64,000 bases of DNA, taken from contig NC_092672.1 in NCBI RefSeq assembly GCF_964355755.1, forward strand, positions 32,060,437-32,124,436, written 5' to 3'. Numbering within the stretch: the first letter of the stretch is position 1; each line of letters starts with the position of its first letter. This stretch comes from Antedon mediterranea (taxonomy: Eukaryota > Animalia > Echinodermata). The notes beneath the pieces were generated by a model. The model was not told where the DNA came from, did no database searches, and saw nothing but the letters and a program-made list of their open reading frames with translations. Positions 37,801 through 54,498 of the stretch are shown piece by piece. Both the position numbers and the translations under genes were made by a program.

Positions 37801-40800
37801 CGCATAATATGACATTTGGTACAGATTACGAAACTTTTTCACCAAGCCCTAAAAGCACAACGGAATTTGTCTCTGAAGCTGGGGTTACAGAGGATAACAC
37901 AAGTGTTGCACTGCGCACTGATCATTCTGTGACAATCACTACCGAGAGAGAAACTGACCCTTCTACCATTGTTCCGACAGTAGCCGTAAATACATCCGAT
38001 TCAGTAGCTACTCTTGCGCTAACTACATCAGTATCTAGCACCACTGAAAATACCAAGCGGTTCACCACACAGAGTTTTTCAACGCAGAACCTAACCAACG
38101 AAGTGACTTCTGGGTACTCGTCAACAAGTGGAGTAACTGGCATTCAAACAGTGGATACTACAACAGTAGATAATACAACCGCTCAAACAAAACTGCAGAC
38201 AGAGGCCACCACAAGTCCCCAGTCGTCGAGCACTGCCAAACCTACTACAACGAATTCGGAAACAGATACTGTTACTGGTGTTATTGCAACTCACCAAGTT
38301 GCAACGGATGCCTTTCAGACAATAACACCACTTTTAACAACACAATTTCAAAAATCGACGCTACAGAAAACTACAGAGTGGGATTCTTCTGATGGGACAA
38401 CACACTTTGTAACCTCGTCAACTAACGTATTTACGAATTTTTTTCCCGATTCGTCTACCACAAACAAAGTAATCACGTATTCCACAACTCGGTATACTAC
38501 AAAAACGGATTCATTAACAGATAATATCGATTCAACCACCCAAGATATTCAAACAGAAACAACAACGGTGTCGCAAGAACCAAGTACTGCAGAGGTAAGC
38601 ACGTATTGGGATTCTTCGACAGCTGAAGTACATACAATGAGTAAAATAATTACAGAACCTATTATTGATCATTCAACAGAACTTAAAAGTACAGAAATTT
38701 TTCAAACAACAGAAGAAGGTGCAGCAACCGATATAACTACAGAACCTGAACCTACGGATATTGTCCAAACAACAGAAGAAGGGGCATCGACCGATGTAAC
38801 TACAGAACATGAAACTACGAAGATTTTCCAAACAACAGAAGAAGGTGCATCGACCGATATAACTACAGAACCTGAACCTACGGATATTGTCCAAACAACA
38901 GAAGAAGGGGCATCGACCGATGTAACTAGAGAACATGAAACTACGAAGATTTTTCAAACAAAAGAAGAAGGTGCAGCAACTGATGTAACTGAAGAACCTG
39001 GAATTACGGATATTGTCCAAACAACAGAAGAAGGGGCATCGACCGATGTAACTACAGAACATGAAACTACGAAGATTTTCCAAACAACAGAAGAAGGTGC
39101 AGCAACTGATGTAACTGAAGAACCGGGAATTACGGATATTGTCCAAACAACAGAAGAAGGGGCATCGACGGATGAAACTACAGGACATGAAACTACGAAG
39201 ATTTTCCAAACAACAGAAGAAGGTGCATCGACGGATGAAACTACAGGACATAAAACTACGAAGAGTTTCCAAACAACAGAAGAAGGTGCATCGACCGATT
39301 TAACTAAAGAACCTGGAATTACGGATATTGTCCAAACAACAGAAGAAGGGGCATCAACCGATGTAACTACAGAACATGAAACTACGAAGAGTTTCCAAAC
39401 AACAGAAGAAGGTGCATCGACCGATGTAACTGAAGAACCTGGAATTACGAATATTGTCCAAACAACAGAAGAAGGTGCATCAACCAATGTAGCTACAGAA
39501 CATGAAACTACGGGTATTGTCCAAACAACAGAAGAAGTTGGAACGACCGATGTAACTACAGAGATTGTGCAAACAACAGAAGACGGAGCAGCGACCGATG
39601 TAACTACAAAACATGAAACTACGGATATTTTCCAAACAACAAAAGAAGCTGCATCAACCGATGTAACTACAGAACTTGAAATTACAGAGATTGTCCAAAC
39701 AACAGGAAAAGGTGCATCAACCGATGTAACTACAGATCATGAAACAACGAGTATTGTCCAAACAACAGAAGAAGGTGCAGCGACCGGTGAAAGTACAGTG
39801 ATTGTCCAAACAACAGAAGATGGTGCAGCGACCGCTAAAGCTACAGAACTTGAAACTACGAAGGTTGTCCAAACACCAGAAGCGACCGATGTAACTACAG
39901 AACCTGAAACTACGGATGTTTTCCAAACAACAGAAGAAGGTGCATCAACCGATGTAACTACAGAGATTGAAATTACGGAGATTATCCAAACAACCGCAGA
40001 AGCTGCAGTGACCAAAGTAGCTACAGAGATTGTCCAAACAACAGGAGAAGGGGCAGCAGCCAATGTAACTACAGAGATTTTCCAGACAACAGAAGAAGAT
40101 GCAGTAACCGATGTAACCACAAAAATTGAAATTACGGAGATTGTCCAAACAACAGAAGACGGAGCAACGTCTGATGTTACTACAGAACTTGAAATTACAG
40201 AGATTGTACAAACAACAGGAGAAGGTGCAGCAACCGATGCAACCACAGAATTTGAAATTACGGAGATTGTCCAAACAACAGAAGACGGAGCGAAGTCTGA
40301 TGTAACTAAAGCTCTTGAAATTACAGATACTTTCCAAACAACAGGAGAAGGGGCAGCGACCGCTACAACTACAGAACTCGAAACTACGAAGATTGCCCAA
40401 ACTACAGAAGCGACCGATGTAACTACAGAGATTGTCCAAACAACAGAAGACGGAGCAGCAACCGATGTTACTACAGAACTTGAAATTACAGATATTTTCC
40501 AAACAACAGGAGGAGCAGTGACCGATATAACCACAGCTTTTGAAATTACGGAGATTGTCCAAACAACAGAAGAACGGGCATCGACCGATGTAACTATAGA
40601 GATTGTGCAAACAACAGAAGAAGGAGCATCGACCGATGTAACTACAGAGATTGTGAAAACAACAGAAGAAGGAGCATCGACCGATGTAACTACAGAGATT
40701 GTCCAAACAACAGAAGAAGGAGCATCGACCGATGTAACTACAGAGATTGTGCAAACAACAGAAGAAGGAGCATCGACCAAGGTAACTACAGAGATTTTGC

Positions 40801-43363
40801 AAACAATGGAAGAAGGAGCATCGACCGATGTAACTACAGAGATTGTGCAAACAACAGAAGAAGGAGCATCGACCGATGTAACTACAGAGATTGTGCAAAC
40901 AACAGAAGAAGGAGCATCGACCAAGGTAACTACAGAGATTGTGAAAACAACGGAAGAAGGAGCATCGACCGATGTAACTACAGAGATGGTGCAAACAACT
41001 GGAGAAGGAGCATCGACCGATGTAACTACAGAGATTGTGCAAACAACAGAAGAAGGAGCATCGACCAAGGTAACTATAGAGATTGTGCAAACAACGGAAG
41101 AAGGAGCATCGACCGATGTAACTACAGAGATGGTGCAAACAACAGAAGAAGGAGCATCGACTGATGTAACTACAGAGATTGTGCAAACAACGGAAGAAGG
41201 AGCATCAACCGATGTAACTACAGAGATGGTGCAAACAACAGAAGAAGGAGCATCGACTGATGTAACTACAGAGATTGTGCAAACAATGGAAGAAGGAGCA
41301 TCGACCGATGTAACTACAGAGATTGTGCAAACAATGGAAGAAGGAGCATCGACCGATGTAACTACAGAGATTGTGCAAACAACAGAAGAAGGAGCATCGA
41401 CCGATGTAACTATAGAACTTGAAACTACAGAGAATTCAGAATTCAGTTCGTCTAAACAGTCGACGAATTATATTACTACAGAAGTCCAAACAAACCCAGT
41501 AACACACTTTACAGACTTCAAATCAACGATTCCTACGGCATCTAGACAAACAACGGAAATTGCTAAAACAAACATAGTAACTTCATTTCAAGAAACCACT
41601 GAAGAACTGGTTCCGTCAACTAGCTTATCTCAAACCAGTGACGTAGTTACGGCAGACTCTACAACACAAAAACAAACAACAAATATGTTATCAGTTGCTA
41701 CCACAAATCCAACTGTATCTCAGAAAACGGCAAGTGATTTGGTACCGTCAACGAATCTAGCCACGACGGCATCAGTAACAACAAGTAAAGAGGCCACAAC
41801 GACAACAGTAACAACAAGTAAAGAGGCCACGACGTCATCAGTAACAAAAGGAGTTTCGACAACGGATTTAAAATCGTCTGTCCAAACGACAGATATTTTA
41901 TCAATTGCTACTACAAATCCAACTGAATGTCAGAAAACGACAAGTGATTTGGTACCGTCAACGAATCTAGCCACGACGGCATCACTAACAACAAGTAAAG
42001 AGGCCACAACGGCAACAGTAACAACAAGTAAAGAGGCCACGACGTCATCAGTAACAACAGAAATTTCGATAACGGAGTTAAAATCGTCTGTTCAACCAGA
42101 ACAAACGACAGATAGTTTATCAATTGCTACTACAAATCCAACCATATCTCAAACAAGTGCTTTGGTACCGTCAACTAATTTAGCTCAAACAAGTAACGAG
42201 ACCACGACGTCATCAGTAACAACAGGAGTTTCGACAACGGAGTTAAAATCGTCTGTTCAACCAGAACCGACGACTATCAACCCAATTCAAACTGTAGCCG
42301 AGAGTACCACAGATTCGACTTTGAATACCAATGGAGATTATAGTAAAATAACAACATTTGGAGTCATTACAGAGGCGAATAGGACGGGATACACATTGGT
42401 CACAACAGGTTAGTAAACCCTTGGACACAATGAACAATTCTAAAATGCTTGTTTATCATTGTGCCTCAGTATATATAGCCTCCATTTTGTAGAGCATTAT
42501 ATAAAAGAATTGCCATATGCTTTAGTTGACAACACAGTGAAGATGGTTTCGATGAAGTAAGATGAAGACATAACGACATAATGGTTTCAGTGAAAATTCA
42601 GTAAAGAAAATTAATTAATAACTTTTATTCTCATCTAGTTCTGACAACTTCAAATGGAGTACCAGATAAAGCCGTTTGGAGGGTTTTTGGATTGACTGTT
42701 GGTGTATTTGTAATATTGTTGATCTTAGCAACAATATGTGTGTATTTTGTATACTTTCATGTGTGTTATAAAAAACCAAATGAGCATATTATTTTACGTC
42801 CTTCAGTAAGTAACCATTTTTCTTCACCATTCAATATTTAAAAAAATGCTTTTAGGTAGGCCTAATTGTATCCACATTATTCTTTGTTTATTTGTGATGT
42901 GCCCATATTATATGGGCACGATGATGTCATATCACTACCAAATTTGGGAATGTTGCTACCATATTTGGGCAGTACATCAGACGTTTTTGTCAAATACACT
43001 GATAGTGTAGACATAGCTTCAGTGTTTGGTAAGTTAAAGTTGATATTTTATCTAATCTTTTTTCAGGACGTTCGTTTGCAATCGTACATGAACATAGACG
43101 TCGAAAATGCCCAAGTTGCAGACCCGAAATCCTCGGCAGGTGAGGTCGACAATAACCAGACCGCGTATGACACGTCTCTAGGGTGGCTAGCCGACAAGCT
43201 TGATCTCAAATTTGTAGACGAACTTGAAGAAGATGAGGGCTGGAAGATCGAAGGAGGTCCTAAACTTAATGAAGGCGCTAACTTGAACGATGACGACAGC
43301 AGCTCGATACCTATGTCTAATATAGGTGCCAAACCATTTCCCCTTACAGCTTCTGACATCTGA
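34895..43363 (+). CDS. Type I transmembrane mucin-like glycoprotein, ~1844 aa; exons 34895-34961, 37405-42408, 42639-42805, 43067-43363
   Basis: Exon 1 is a signal peptide (MLTIEYLFLLWFVLLSVYSVFS); 5004-nt Thr/Glu/Ser-rich exon; exon 3 has a TM helix (VFGLTVGVFVILLILATICVYFVYF); acidic cytoplasmic tail; all phases agree. Confidence 0.88.
38690..41420 (+). repeat. Coding minisatellite of 66-bp (22-aa) units grading into 42-bp (14-aa, EIVQTTEEGASTDVTT-type) units
   Basis: CAAACAACAGAAGAAGG(G/T/A)GCATCGACCGATGTAACTACAGA repeats directly in the sequence. Confidence 0.95.
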
Positions 43364-43416
43364 GAATTGGATAAGGGAGTACAGAGAGTATAGTGGATCG
43401 ATCATGGACCCCGGAC

Positions 43417-44647
43417 GCGATTTTTTTTTTCGTACATAAGTTGGGGACCCCATCATGAAACGTCACAAAATAAACATGAATAATTCATCAGTTAAATTTT
43501 CTTGTTCCGTGTGCACCCAAAGCGTATAGCAACAAGAAGTGATTACACAAGTGCGGTACGATTCTAGGCCTATCTCCGCTGTGGTTGCCGCGTGCGATTT
43601 CATAATAGAATAGCGGAGTTTTGTGCGGATTGTCGAAATAATCAGCCTTTAGTTTATGGTGTTTTTAATATAGTTGATTACTAAAGAATTACGTGTTAAA
43701 ATTATAGGTTTTATTGATACTATTAGGCCTAATTACTAGTCTCTAAATCCCTGTATATTCTAGTAGTAGCTGTGTGGGTACGGTGTGTGTGACTTGTGTC
43801 TTTGGGCTATGTACGTCCAATTACTACTTAGTTTAATGTTTTGCCTAGCTGTCGATTAGCCTCGACACATTTTGCATAGTGGACGTGTGTGTGAAGAAGA
43901 GTGCGCGAAGGCAATCACGTGAATTGACCTAGAATCCTAGGCCTATTATTGTAGAAAGAATCGTATCGCAGTTGTTGTTCCGTGTGCACCCAAGCGTTCT
44001 TGGACATAGCCCAAAGAAAGCTTAGACCCACAAGAATAAAGAATGTGTATAATTTGTGTACTGTATTTTTTTAATTCTGCTATCAATTATCAAACAATGT
44101 ACTCAAAGGAACTTTAAAAATGCGCGTATATGAACACATGAGATGGGAAGATTTGACCCACGAGAATAAAAAATGTATTTTTGTGTAATGTTTATTGTTT
44201 TTGCTGACTTATTACTCGGATTGTGTCATACCAAAGATAGTGTAACTATTACCAAAGATAGTGTAACTATCTTTGGTCATACCTAACACACACACACGTC
44301 ACACACATCCACACAGCTACTACTAGAATAGACATGGGTTTAGAGACTAATAATTAGGCCTAATAGTATTAATAGAAACTATAATTTTAACACGTAATTC
44401 TTTAGTAATAAATTATATTAAAAACACCATAAACTAAAGGCCGATTATTTCGACAATCCACACAAAACGCCGCTATTCTTCAACAGCGGAGATAGGCCTA
44501 GAATCGTACCGCACTTGTGTAATCACTTCTTGTTGCTATACGCTTGGGTGCACACGGAACAAGAAAATTTAACTGATGAATTATTCATGTTTATTTTGTG
44601 ACGTTTCATGAGGGGGTCCCCAACTTATGTACGAAAAAAAAAATCGC
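43417..44647. mobile_element. Non-autonomous foldback element, Mutator(MULE)-like; TIRs ~350-380 bp, 9-bp TSD ACCCCGGAC
   Basis: GCGATTTTTTTTTTCGTACATAAGTTGGGGACCCC... is mirrored by ...GGGGTCCCCAACTTATGTACGAAAAAAAAAATCGC; identical 9-mer at 43408-43416 and 44648-44656. Confidence 0.9.
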
Positions 44648-46136
44648 ACCCCGGACGTACTACTAGCCTACTGACGTTGTGTGCCGTTTTTTGCACACGT
44701 TGAATGGACTCCAGACGGATTCAAATGTTAGGACAAGCCTATAAACTTGCTGATAAACTTAACTCAAATTGTGATGGATGGATTGTCGTTTAATATAGAC
44801 AGCAGAGGCGGATCCATTCATTTGTTTGAGGGGGTTTGGCAACCGTAACCAGACTGAAACCAATTTGCAAATGTCTGGGATGATGGTTTTCATCAATGTT
44901 GTACGATCGCATGGCGAACTATAAGCTACAATTGTGGGCAGTTTTTGCACTACACGGAGTAGAGTGATTTGTTAGGTTTGTGAACACCGAAGAACCGGAC
45001 GGCCGGATTAAAAAAATTCTTCATAGAATGATGTAGGTCGTTGCGCAAACAGTTTCAATATGGTTACATTTCAAGTTATGCAAAACAACTTTATTCTATC
45101 AGATGAGGGCGAAATTTAGATTTTTACTTGAGACCTGGTATTTTTATTTCTTGTATTGTCTGTATATAATTATATAATCGCAAAAAAAATATTGTCAAAT
45201 AGAATGATTAAATCGATGTTTTTACCGTTGTACTCCATGTATTTTTATATTTTTTGGCTACTATTTTAAAATCGTCACGAACTGAATGGACTTGTCAAAT
45301 AATAAATATACATCTGATGAATGATTATTGATGATGATAGTGATGTCAAAACCATTGCAGGTGTGATGCGAGAAAGATATCATACAGTCACCTGGCCTAT
45401 ATAAAAGTATTATCGAATTATTGTTCTTTTTATTGGCTTTATAATATAAAATTAAATCCCGGATATTTATGTATAATAATTGTGTGTGTACGTGGTCACA
45501 GGCATGTCTGTCATGAAGTTTGCCTCCAGTTTTTAAATTAGGGGGCGCTAAATTCTGGAATTTAAGAATGAATTTTACAAAAGCTACCACACTGCAATCT
45601 ATCCAGGTCAGCTAAAAGGTCACATCGATGCATTTTCTTTCCTTTTCTCTCTCGCGGAACTCGTCGACAAACAAGGCTTCAGATCATATCTGCTCAAATT
45701 CAGATTTAGCTCAACGTACGTATGTAAACCTACAATTTACCTTTAATATTTAACATATATTGTCTTTAGTATGCATATTGGCAATTTAAGCGTGTAATTC
45801 AATGTATAAATGTGATTTTAAAAGAGTTTTCAAAATGCCGGTTCGCCTCCTCGACTTCTTATGAATATGTATTTTTTGTATGTGTGGTCTGGTCGTGGTT
45901 CGTGCGTGGTGGATATCCCAAATACAAATGTCCTGTATATTCAGATCAAATACGGATTGGTATTCTTGAAAGAATGGAATGCAGTGGCGGGTAATGGTGT
46001 GGGCCCCCCTACCATTATTCTAGATTATCCAGTTTATTTTAATGTAAACAATTGTATGTTAACTTACTCTCATGATACACTTCTATTACTAACAATTTAT
46101 ATTGATTTCATTTTTAGCGAACAACTCACAATCAAA

Positions 46137-50492
<4,356 letters not shown>

Positions 50493-52558
50493 ACAGCACC
50501 CTCTACGACAGAATGAAATAATTGGAGAGACTTATAATTGTATCTCGTCATCCGTAAATATTCATATTCATGTGCAAAACATACTTTAGCAATATTTGAC
50601 ATCTGAAATTTCAAATATGTTTAAATATTAAAATATTTTCATTTTTGTAGCAACTAGTAAAACTAATTATATCAAGGATTGTTAATTGTTCATCATTTTT
50701 ATAGCTATAGAATGACTTTGTTTACTGGGTTCAGGCATACCATAGTCATTATATTATTAACTATGATATAAAACTGGAGTTCCTAACACACTATTACAAT
50801 ACTATATTATATTTAATTGCATATCACTTCTTCCACGTTACAGAACAGTAACACAATTTATTTCTTTGTGAAAATAAATATTTGTTGAACTAAATAATAA
50901 TTCCTGGTGCTAGGTAGTGTTTTACAAGCCTTGATAATGTGAAGTGAAAGTTTGTCAAAACTATTTGCATATAGATTGTAAAAAGGTGTTTGTGTAGACT
51001 CTTTATCCAGATGTATGGTAGACTGCTTGATCCAGCTGTTTTCCTTTTGTCTCAATCTAGTTGATAACATTGATCTGTGGTTCAAATAATAAATTTAATT
51101 ATAATAAATTGTTTCCATAATTCAATCTGATTTGTATTTGGTTGTTTAAAAAGTGGTGGCTCCATTTGGGATGGGGAGGAGGAGCAAGAGGATGATTGAC
51201 CATATTTTGATTTTAAAAAAGTGACTTATTCGTGTACATTTGAGACATAACCAAAAACAATCTAGCATAGGAAAATATTATTTTTATTGCAAATACAAAT
51301 AGGTAATGGTTGCAAAAAAGTCACGTAAAATCAGTAAAATTCTTACTCTTTTGAAGTCTTGTTTATATTTAGAATTATAGAAATAGAACAGATTTTCGTA
51401 GAGCGGCCATTTAAACAAATTGGTATCTCTGTGAACTTATGAGAAATAGTGCAACAATTCACTTAAAATTGGTAAAATTCTTTTCAAACAGTATCGATTA
51501 TGATGAGTCACTAAAGGTTTATATTTTATGATAAACAGATTTTCGTGGAGCGACCCTTCAAGCAAATCTGTATCTCCGTGAACTTATGTGACATCGTAAT
51601 ATTCTCTATTTAAAATCATGTATTTGAACACGCTACAAAATACAATAAAGGTGTCACGCAATATTTCGTTAACACAAAGGTATCAAATCGGTTTCCACAT
51701 ACCATACTTTGAAAGCCTTTCCAAATGAGTGAGTAACAATACATGTTTTTAAAACACAGTCTTTTCAAGTTTGACTAATTCACGCACAGAGCATTGTTGC
51801 GTCGCTCAACCAACCACATATAAATACAATCGTTTTATAGCTTAATATTTACCTCCATGATTCAAAAACAATTTTTGGAGTCTTAAACTGGATATAGTCT
51901 TTATGTCCATCCACTGAGCATAAAAAGGTACGTTGCATTTATATATATTTTTCCGATATTAGTATAATGAAACCGTCCTTTCCCGAGTTTTGGTCACAAA
52001 TCGCGTGTTAATCGACACGTCACGGACTAAGTGTGATTGTTTTTATATATATTTTCAAACTAAATTAAATGCATATGCCTGGTCCCTGAATACCTTTTAG
52101 AAGTATATTCGGTTGTGAATTTAGCAACTTTGTTCGTTTGTTCGTCTTGCGACCAGTTTTAGGGTTATTCGAACGGTTAACACATTTCAATAATCCATGT
52201 CAATTTGTTCTCACACGGTAAAATTTACCCCTATCAAACTATACTACTGTATTAGCATACTGAAAAAACCTCTATATTTTTCAATAATCATGGTACATTT
52301 GTTCACGTTGTAAATACGCTTTTTTCTTAAAGTTATTTTTCTGATCTTTTTTTCTCATCATATACGCATATACCAACAGACCATGCCTATTGAACTTGAA
52401 TAAAATCGATACATTGGTGACGTCACAAAACCTTATTAAAATCTCGAGTTATTTGTATCTTCAATATGGACCCACATTTTGAAGAGCACGCCCTCTTTAT
52501 TTTGCCAAGTTTTGAACCCTTAATTTAGTTATTTATTATATTGCAGATTTTGTTTGAA

Positions 52559-53320
52559 ATGGAACCAAGTTGTACCACAAAGTACATTCTAATTTTCTTC
52601 TCAATTTTTTATCTACGACTTGTTACTGCCATCCGTGTTTATGACGTCCGAGCAGACAGTACTTTAATTGGTAGTCAAACGGCTGTAATATCATGGACAA
52701 CAGACAACACGACGGATTCTCTCAACAACACTATACGAGGATTTCGTATTGATGCAAACTATCTGCTATCTAGAAGAGGTAATGAGATTCTTCTTCCAAC
52801 AATTACAAACACTACTTTAGAGCGGTTACGCTCGGGTGTGACCTACCGAGCATGCGTAATCGTACTTACCACAAATACATTCGGCAACGGTGAGATTACC
52901 GACAATACAGCATGTGTAAGCTTTACGACAGATTTTGTCGCTATAAATTCGTACTCTCTAACAGCAATTGGCATAGGCGTTGCTATTATTATACTATTCC
53001 TTGTGACGCAATTAATTAACCTAGTCTGCCCACGTGAAGGATCAGAAGGATTTAGTGTTCCGCCGACTGAAAGAGAAGTTGAAAAAGGAGGTAAAGATTC
53101 TAGACGAAAAAAATCACACCGCAAACAACCCGAGAAAAGAAAAGCTGGTCATGTGAATGCGACACATGGTGGAAAAAAACAAAATAGAAAGAAGAATCCC
53201 AAACAGACATCGGATTCTAAAGGAAAACGTAAAAGGGAAAATCCAAGAGAAATTAGCAGACGAACTGATTTAGATGGATCAAAGGGTGGGGGAGGCAAGC
53301 ATAAAAGCGTCAAGGCATAA
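52559..53320 (+). CDS. Single-pass membrane protein with signal peptide, one fibronectin type III domain, TM helix and highly basic tail
   Basis: Hydrophobic N-terminus; FN3 pattern AVISW..GFRI..LERLRSGVTYRACV; TM LTAIGIGVAIIILFLVTQLI; K/R-rich C-terminus; acceptor TTGCAG just before the ATG. Confidence 0.82.
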   Translation: MEPSCTTKYILIFFSIFYLRLVTAIRVYDVRADSTLIGSQTAVISWTTDNTTDSLNNTIRGFRIDANYLLSRRGNEILLPTITNTTLERLRSGVTYRACVIVLTTNTFGNGEITDNTACVSFTTDFVAINSYSLTAIGIGVAIIILFLVTQLINLVCPREGSEGFSVPPTEREVEKGGKDSRRKKSHRKQPEKRKAGHVNATHGGKKQNRKKNPKQTSDSKGKRKRENPREISRRTDLDGSKGGGGKHKSVKA

Positions 53321-54498
53321 TGGAATCTCGACAAACTGACCGTATCATTGCAGGTGTCATTTTGACAATCTACTGTTTTTATTTTATATTGTACCGATCG
53401 GAAACTCAATCATTATATTATTTACACGCAATAATAATTTGGAATAGATTATAAATAATACGTTGCATCCAATTGATTGGATCCTTTCAACAACAATGTT
53501 CCACAAAGGTTGTTTGCCGGCTCTGGTTCCATAATCACATAGGAATCGAAAATCTGACTCAATCTCCTACCCCACATGCCCATAGCCATTTGAAAATCAA
53601 TCAATCTTTGTGGAGATCGGCAGTGGAAGTGTGGTAAATAATAATTAGAATGTTCTTGAGGATTGTTTGCCCTTTTTGTGAAAAAACCGAACATTCTGGT
53701 GGGCTTCATAATAATACGTTGCCACTTGCTAATTAGCAGCAGACAATTTGTAAATGGAGTTTTAAAGAAGTATTTTTTTTAATTAATAGTTTATGATGAT
53801 AATAACAGTACAATTTTAGAATTAAAGAACAAAATATTGTTTTGTACATTACTGTATATTCAGATTAAACACTTTATATTTTTGGTATATGTTTTTTTTC
53901 TTTTCATTGGTGAGTTTCAGATCTAGCGTGATTCGTTATCCGTCCTTCTGATTCGCCGTTCATTTTTGGCATGTACTACTCTGACTTTGATTCCTTCTGT
54001 GTTTGTAGTCTGGTTGAGATGGTTTGCACTATTTCTGCTGACGTAATGAAAGTTAAGAAACCATTTTTGCGAGAAAAAATCGCAAATAGTAACTCAATAC
54101 ATTCGTATAGAGATACTTTATTATCAAGTCTACACTAGCAAACTTGTGACAAAAAATGTGATGTACCCATGGACATGATGAATTCATATCACTACCACTA
54201 GTTTTGATAGTGTAGACAGGGCTTCAGTTCTATAAATATAAAGTGACACCACAGCCGTTTAGTATATGTTTTATTTTTATTAATATGCTGATATCAAACC
54301 ACATAACTCATTATTTTGCACACTTTTCAACTCTTTATTCTAATCATTATTTAATTCAATATTGGTTACGTAATTAATTATTATTGTTATTGATTATATT
54401 ATTAATAATTAGTTTTCATTTAATTTCGATTTAATCTATTTTGTCAAATTAGGTATAATAATCAATGTATGTCTTTTGATCTTTCATAAGTTTTTCAT

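Noticed and set aside
38673-41186. Long Cys-rich and Val/Ser-rich minus-strand ORFs
   Set aside because: Antisense shadows of the mucin minisatellite.
51385-51590. Direct repeat of ~55 bp at ~146-bp spacing
   Set aside because: Ordinary local duplication or repeat remnant with no further structure.
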